From assembly GCF_041146345.1 (NCBI RefSeq), contig NW_027191413.1, forward strand, positions 1,488,001-1,552,000: a DNA stretch of 64,000 nucleotides, written 5' to 3'. The notes beneath the pieces are model-generated. The model made no database searches. It saw only the letters and a list, made by a program, of their open reading frames with translations, and had not been told where the DNA came from. Positions 58,285 through 64,000 of the stretch are shown here, one piece after another. The position numbers and the translations under genes were made by a program. Origin of the DNA: Neodothiora populina (lineage: Eukaryota). Positions within the stretch are counted from its first letter, which is position 1. Every line of letters begins with the position of its first letter.

Positions 58285-59501
58285 CTATAGTGTCGAGACG
58301 ATCTGTTTTACAAGATTCTGCAAAGAGTAAGCATAGTGCTGGTGACCTGTGGTATACATCTATCACATACCTGCATGTCCACGGCGGCTTCCTGGCCAGC
58401 CTCGAGGACCTCCTCATGGTTTGCTTTGCCTTTGCTCAGATACGCTTCAAGCTCCGCTGGCGTCATGCTGCTCAAGGCAGCATCATCTCCACGAGGTACT
58501 GGCTGCAGCACAGCCTGATTGGTCACCAAGCTGAAAGCCAGGATTTTCATCCCGCAGTGACGGGCAACGACAATCTCAGGGACAGTCGACATGCCAACAA
58601 CGTCGGCGCCGAGAGTGTGTAGAAGCCTGCACTCTGCCCGCGTCTCGTAAGTTGGACCGGCCACGAAAGCATAGACACCTTCGTGGACACGACGTCCACT
58701 TCCGCTTGGCTTGATCTGCTGCCACACTTGGTAGGCCTTTTGCCGCAAGCCAAGGTCGTAGGCGTCTGATAGTGGAGGAAAACGTACGCCAAAGTCCTCA
58801 GCATTGGGGCCTCTAAGAGGATGGAAACCTACTAATCCGGCGAGATTCAAGTGCTTAGTAGACGTCAGCATACGTCTACAGGCATAGGAGAAGGGCGTCT
58901 AACGTCGTTGAGGACAACAATATCACCAACGCGATAATCTGGGTTTAGACCCCCGGCAGCATTGGTCATGAGCATGGTCTCGACGCCCATGACTTTGCAC
59001 ACTCGTGTTGCAAACGATACCATTTCCATAGCATGACCTTCGTAGAAACTTGAAAGAGACATGAATGAGCAGCTGAAGACCGAATATCACGTTGCATATG
59101 TTGGGAAACTAACTGTGCTCTTCCCACCAACAATAGAACTGGCACCTTCGAATCTCCCATGAATGCCGCAACAAGTTTGCCAGCATGTCCCTGGACTGTA
59201 CATGTAATTTCAGCGTGAGTTATTCAAGTTCACTGTTCTCGAATGTGATTTTTCTGCCAGTCTTACCGGTTGTCTTTGGGAAGTTTGGAATACCGGAATA
59301 AGCGATCTCGACCGAGACATCCTGGTTGATAGTGCTAGCAATGCCACCGAGTCCAGATCCGCAGACTATGGCCACTCGAGGAGTATGTAGTACCCGAGGC
59401 AGCTTTGAGCGAATGAAAGCGGCAGATTCAGTGGCCTGCTTGAAGACCGGCGATCCAGGGTTATGGCCACTTTGCTGCTCCTGCTCGGTCACGGCAGCCA
59501 T
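58285..59501 (-). CDS. PNP1: Purine nucleoside phosphorylase
   Basis: IVCGSGLGG, T|VQGHAGKL, GRAH|FYEGH, TNAAGGLN, GPTYETRAE, GADVVGMSTVPE and ANHEEV. Four GT-AG introns. Last exon NLVKQIVSTL*. Confidence 0.94.
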
Positions 59502-59814
59502 GATGTAGAAGGTCAGCAAGACGTGTATACCAAGAATCGACCTCTCACAAACTTTGCTATTGTCGTGAATAAGAGGGGTTGCGAATGAAGTTGAAATGGG
59601 AGTCGACTATGATACAGTTACCGTAGATGCCCTACCTGATTGTACTACTGTACTGTACCTCAGATTATGGTCGTTGCCAAGCCGGCGACGCCAGATACGG
59701 CAACCTCTCTCTGTCTCTCTCTTTGGAGTCGTCTATGGAATTTTGACCCGAGCGCTTTCTTGTACTTGTGGTGTCCTGTCTTGCAAAAGAACATCTCCCG
59801 CGCCAAACACAAGG

Positions 59815-60792
59815 ATGGCATCATATTTCAAATCGTCATTCGGCTTAGCGAAGAGGCTGAAGGTGAGTCTTCTCCTTGTCTAAAATCACAGCGTCTGCAT
59901 CCAAGGAAATTCATCTAATTCAAAGCCGCACGCACAGGTCGCACCTCCGAAAGTTATTCAGAGTCGAAGTGTATATCAATCACGGCAGCCATGGCACGCG
60001 GACCCGCCGGTTTCGTTCGAGCATCAGAGAGATGTTGCCACCGACTTTGACGACTTCATGGGCGACGCAGTCGAAGAGTGAGGACAACCCAGCCCAGACT
60101 ATGTGCATGCGAAGCGGTGTCGTCTACAGTCACTGACGAATTGCAGAGCCCGAGGCGTGACCCTCCCGGCTCGCGAGCCTTCCTTTCCTCCAGAGATCCA
60201 GCGCGAGCTCAACGGCCTACGATTGCCACGATCGGTGCAGCTCAACTATCTCAAGCCTTTAAAACGAACGCCCACCTACGGCGTGCCATCCGCCGACCTA
60301 CAGCTCCGCTCATACAGTGTGCGCAACCTCGAATTCTTCGCCGACTTCGCCCTCCGTGCCGCCTACTACCTCAATCTCCCGGCAAAGGGCCCCGTTCCGC
60401 TTCCTCGAATCACCGAGCGTTGGACTGTGCCGCGCTCCAACTTCGTGCACAAGAAGAGCCAGGAGAACTTCGAACGTATCACCATGCGACGATTGATTCA
60501 GATCCAAGACGGTCACCCGGAGGTTGTTCAGATCTGGCTAGGGTTTCTGCAAAAGTATGCCTACTACGGTGTCGGTATGAAGGCGAACGTGTGGGAATAC
60601 TCTCCGTTGGATGTCGCGAAGGACATGGACGAACAAGCAGACAAGCTCAAGGAGACCATCAACAAGAGACTGAGTCTGTTTGGAAAGAGAGGGGGTCTCG
60701 CAGGCGAGAAGGACATCGAAGCCCTGATGAACGACGAGGTCTTCAAGGATGCCTCCGGCAGCATGGCTCCGCTTGGCGTCAGGTCAGTGTAA
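59815..60792 (+). CDS. RSM10: Mitochondrial 37S ribosomal protein S10
   Basis: LQLRSYSVRNLEFFADFALRAAYYL, GPVPLP..ERWTVPRSNFVHKKSQENFER. Presequence exon MASYFKSSFGLAKRLK. Introns 59863-59937 and 60078-60146. Confidence 0.92.
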
Positions 60793-62398
60793 ACAAAAAA
60801 GGCAGCGGCTTCGAGGCCTTGTAAATATATACATCAGATAGGTCGCGCTCTGGGATACAGGGGGGCACCTGATCGAAAGCATTTACCATGAAGCAGCCTC
60901 ACCGAGGGCGCTATCTACTGCAGTCCTGAGATGAGACGAAGCGAAGGGCAGGACATGCCTGCGCACCGACTGATCACAGGAGGGAGCGGTAATCGCACAA
61001 GACTCACAATGCATGCGTACAAAGGCTCACAGACAATCGTGAAAATACAAGGCCGAGAAAGATGCGCAGTCAGTGTGAAGGTGAGGTGAGGTGAGACGAG
61101 TAGACAGCAGCCCGATACGAATTGGAGGCTTAGGTGGTTGCCTTGAATCGACGGTATGCGCCTCTGAGGCACACACACAACACATATACTTGACACCCAA
61201 CCGGCTTGCATTTTCTACATGGCACCACACTGTCCTGAAAACGGGGGCAGCATGCCCTTTGTGATACACAACTAGGTTGACCCAGGAAAGAGCGTACATT
61301 AAGTCAGCATGAACAACAAGTATGACGTCCTGTGTCGCTGCCAGAAACACGCACCCATGCACAGGGAGGCTGTGACTGAGCCAGCAAGCGCGCTGTCAAG
61401 GATTTGTACCTCTATATCTCCAAATCAAGGCGCTCTGTGATGCGTTATGCCCTAGTTTATGCGCTGTTCATCACCACCACCATCATCATAATCATCATCG
61501 TCACCTTACAAGTATAGCTGGTCTCGGGCTGCTGTAAGGTGGCGCATATTCCTGTACCGTGGTCAGGGTAATTTACCATTTCCCGTCACGTCACGTGGGG
61601 ATCTTGGCAGTGTATCAAAAGCGAGGGCGAGGGAAGGCACTAGATGGATGGGAAGGATGGAGGTTATAGGGTCAGCATCACCATCTTAACCGAACCAACC
61701 GCTGCCCGCTCCCGAACTACTGCTCCTCCTCTCCTCTTTCTTTATCTCTTAACAAAATAGTCCGGATCTCTCGAAAGTCACTGCTCGAGTGACCAACGGT
61801 TCTTTTGGCTGCTGATAGTGCCACAGTAGAACAGAGCGCCGGTTCTCCCATCCCTCACATACCAATAGCAAGACTCCCCTCTGTCTGGATCGACGGCAGA
61901 AGCATTTTAGTGCGGCCCAGGGATCCCTCCGGAACCTTAGCCCCAGAGCTCCATCCGGCCAGTAACGTCAAGCTTGGTCCGCGCACCAATCCATCTAGCA
62001 GCCAATCCACTTCCACCTCGGTGCCAGGACCTGATTGGCAGCAGCGGTGGATAGTAAAGTACTCGGAAAACCAACAGGTAAACACATGATTTCTCTTTGC
62101 TCGAAGCCCCCTCATCCGCGTGTGTTTTCTACATCAGACTCGACACCATGCGCGCGCGAGACAGAGAGAGGGAGCTTGACGCTCGCCTCGATGCCCGTGA
62201 CGCTTCTTTGCGTATTCGTCGCGTTGATGCCGCATCCTCTGAATTATGAAGAGCCTCACTGCTGATGCTGATGCCCGTATTCAGCTTGACCGAACCACAA
62301 AAGAAACAGCTATTGGGGACCCGTTCGCCGTCCACGGGTACTCCCATCTTCTTTTTGATTAAGGTAGCTCGACTATCGCACTTCTTCGGCAGATCATC

Positions 62399-63572
62399 AT
62401 GAACGTGTCGGGATACAACACGATGCAAGCCGCGAACGCGCCTCAGACCGCACCCAAGCGCTACGACGGCCAAGACAGTATCGAGTATGACGAGAAGCAG
62501 GGTGGTCACTATGGTATGAGAATGCCGCCGAGTTTCTGGCGCTGAATAGATATTTTGCTAACTTCTTCATCACAGGTGCAAGCAGCAACGTGAGGTCTAC
62601 GAGGTTCATGTTCTTATAGTAGACGCGACTGACAGGATCGACAGATCGCGGGACATGGCCAGGCACCTCCACCAGAGACTTTTACCGGTTTGTGGTCAAA
62701 CGTCAGTAGCCTGCACCCTTACATTTCGTTACCCAACGAAGGCGCAGCTGACAAGTGAACAGGTCTCACAAGGTCTCTCGGGAAACTATCGCGACATCCT
62801 GAACACATACTGGCAGAACCAGGTCACCAAACTTGAGACGGAAGACCATGACTACAAGATCCACCAACTCCCGCTTGCACGCATCAAGAAGGTCATGAAG
62901 GCCGATCCCGAAGTCAAGATGATATCAGCGGAAGCTCCCATTCTCTTCGCCAAAGGTTGCGACATCTTCATCACGGAGTTGACCATGCGCGCATGGATCC
63001 ACGCAGAGGAGAATAAGAGACGCACTCTGCAGCGCAGCGACATTGCGAGCGCCCTTGCTAAAAGTGATATGTTCGACTTCTTGATCGATATCGTTCCTCG
63101 TGAGGATGCGACACCTCAGCACAAGCGCAGACAGGACTTTGCTCCTTCGGCGTCATACACTGTGCCAGAAAGTCAGCCTCCGAATGCAGGCGGCAATGTC
63201 GTGGGAGCACAAACTTCGGCACCACAAGATCAGACGCATCAGATGAGCGCACCCGATTTCACTGCCATGGGCCAGCACATGCCTCCGGAGCAATACGCGA
63301 CACAAGCAGGCATGTATCCTCCACCTGCGCCTCAACAAGGCTACGCTCAACCCGGCATGTTTGATGCCAGTATGTATCAATACGCACTACCTCAGCAGCC
63401 GGTGAGTACCTATGACTCCGTGATACTCGACACACGGCAAGCTCATGCGAACGGACAGATGTATCCTCCAGGACAGAGGATGACCGACCCATCCATGGGC
63501 GGTGATTCGACGCATCAATTCCGCGTGGAGGAAGGGGAGAGGGAGGAGGAGAGGAACCAGTATAATGCTTGA
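62399..63572 (+). CDS. hapE: CCAAT-binding complex subunit HapE / Hap5 (NF-YC)
   Basis: Histone fold HQLPLARIKKVMKADPEVKMISAEAP..KRRTLQRSDI..FDFLIDIVPR. Introns 62514-62575, 62590-62644, 62702-62762 and 63402-63458 give GGHYG|ASSN|IAGHG..WSN|VSQGL. Confidence 0.95.
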
Positions 63573-64000
63573 CGAGATTGATTGATACCCCCCGCCCCAC
63601 TACCATCATTTGAACGGCAGACTAAGCGGTTAGCGAGCCATGGGATAGGCCGTATGTTCGCAGTGCTGCTTTTGATTTTCCTTGATATTTTTTGCCCTGT
63701 CTACTTTACGGATGTTTACTGCGCGGTACGGTGCGTGATGTCAGTCACGTCTACAGTCGTACGAATCCAGCCGTAATGCAAGCTCGTGTCTCTCGATGAG
63801 GGACGCTGATAACGATCGGAACTACAGTATACTTGTACGGCATATCCGACCCGCTCAGCCGGAAGAAAGTGCACTTGTGTGAGTTCCCCTGTTCTCTCCG
63901 GCCACATGGAGACAGCGGACGTGGGCACGATATCTATACCGAGGATAAGATTATTCAAGCTTGGTTGCACCCGGGCCTGTTGTCATGAGCTCACATACTG

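Noticed and set aside
3420..59501. NPP1, phosphate permease, cytidine deaminase and PNP as a nucleotide-scavenging cluster
   Set aside because: They are spread over 56 kb among many unrelated housekeeping genes, with no shared motif seen.
1..64000. tRNA, rRNA, CRISPR arrays, intact transposons, secondary-metabolite backbone genes
   Set aside because: None recognised by eye. Small or intron-containing tRNAs could have been missed without tRNAscan-SE.

Overview
This is a gene-dense stretch of a filamentous ascomycete (Pezizomycotina) chromosome. The kingdom assignment rests on short spliceosomal GT-AG introns with CTRAC/CTAAY branch points and recognisable fungal orthologues; the finer placement is inference. 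About 24 protein-coding genes can be reconstructed by hand-splicing. Most are housekeeping genes: dapB, NPP1, SEC12, CLA4, alpha-actinin, a DHA1 MFS pump, RAD17, GlyRS, RPF1, an acyltransferase, POS5, a phosphate-type MFS permease, an SDR, JAC1, cytidine deaminase, eIF3d, FCF2, PNP, RSM10 and HapE. The stand-out is an aspartyl-tRNA synthetase fused to a C-terminal DUF2156-like aminoacyl-tRNA transferase (53915-56863). This is an ErdS-type, tRNA-dependent sterol aminoacylation enzyme, a system already described in Aspergillus, and no partner hydrolase gene is visible beside it here. A box C/D snoRNA is hidden in the FCF2 intron, with an 11-nt guide to 25S rRNA. Also notable are an orphan amidoligase-family gene, a divergent and probably dual-targeted GlyRS, a GC-AG intron, two micro-exons, a CRIB-motif protein next to CLA4 and alpha-actinin, and a ~4 kb gene-free interval with possible decayed coding relics. 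No intact mobile element, tRNA, rRNA or CRISPR array was found. All family assignments come from motif recognition, not database searches.
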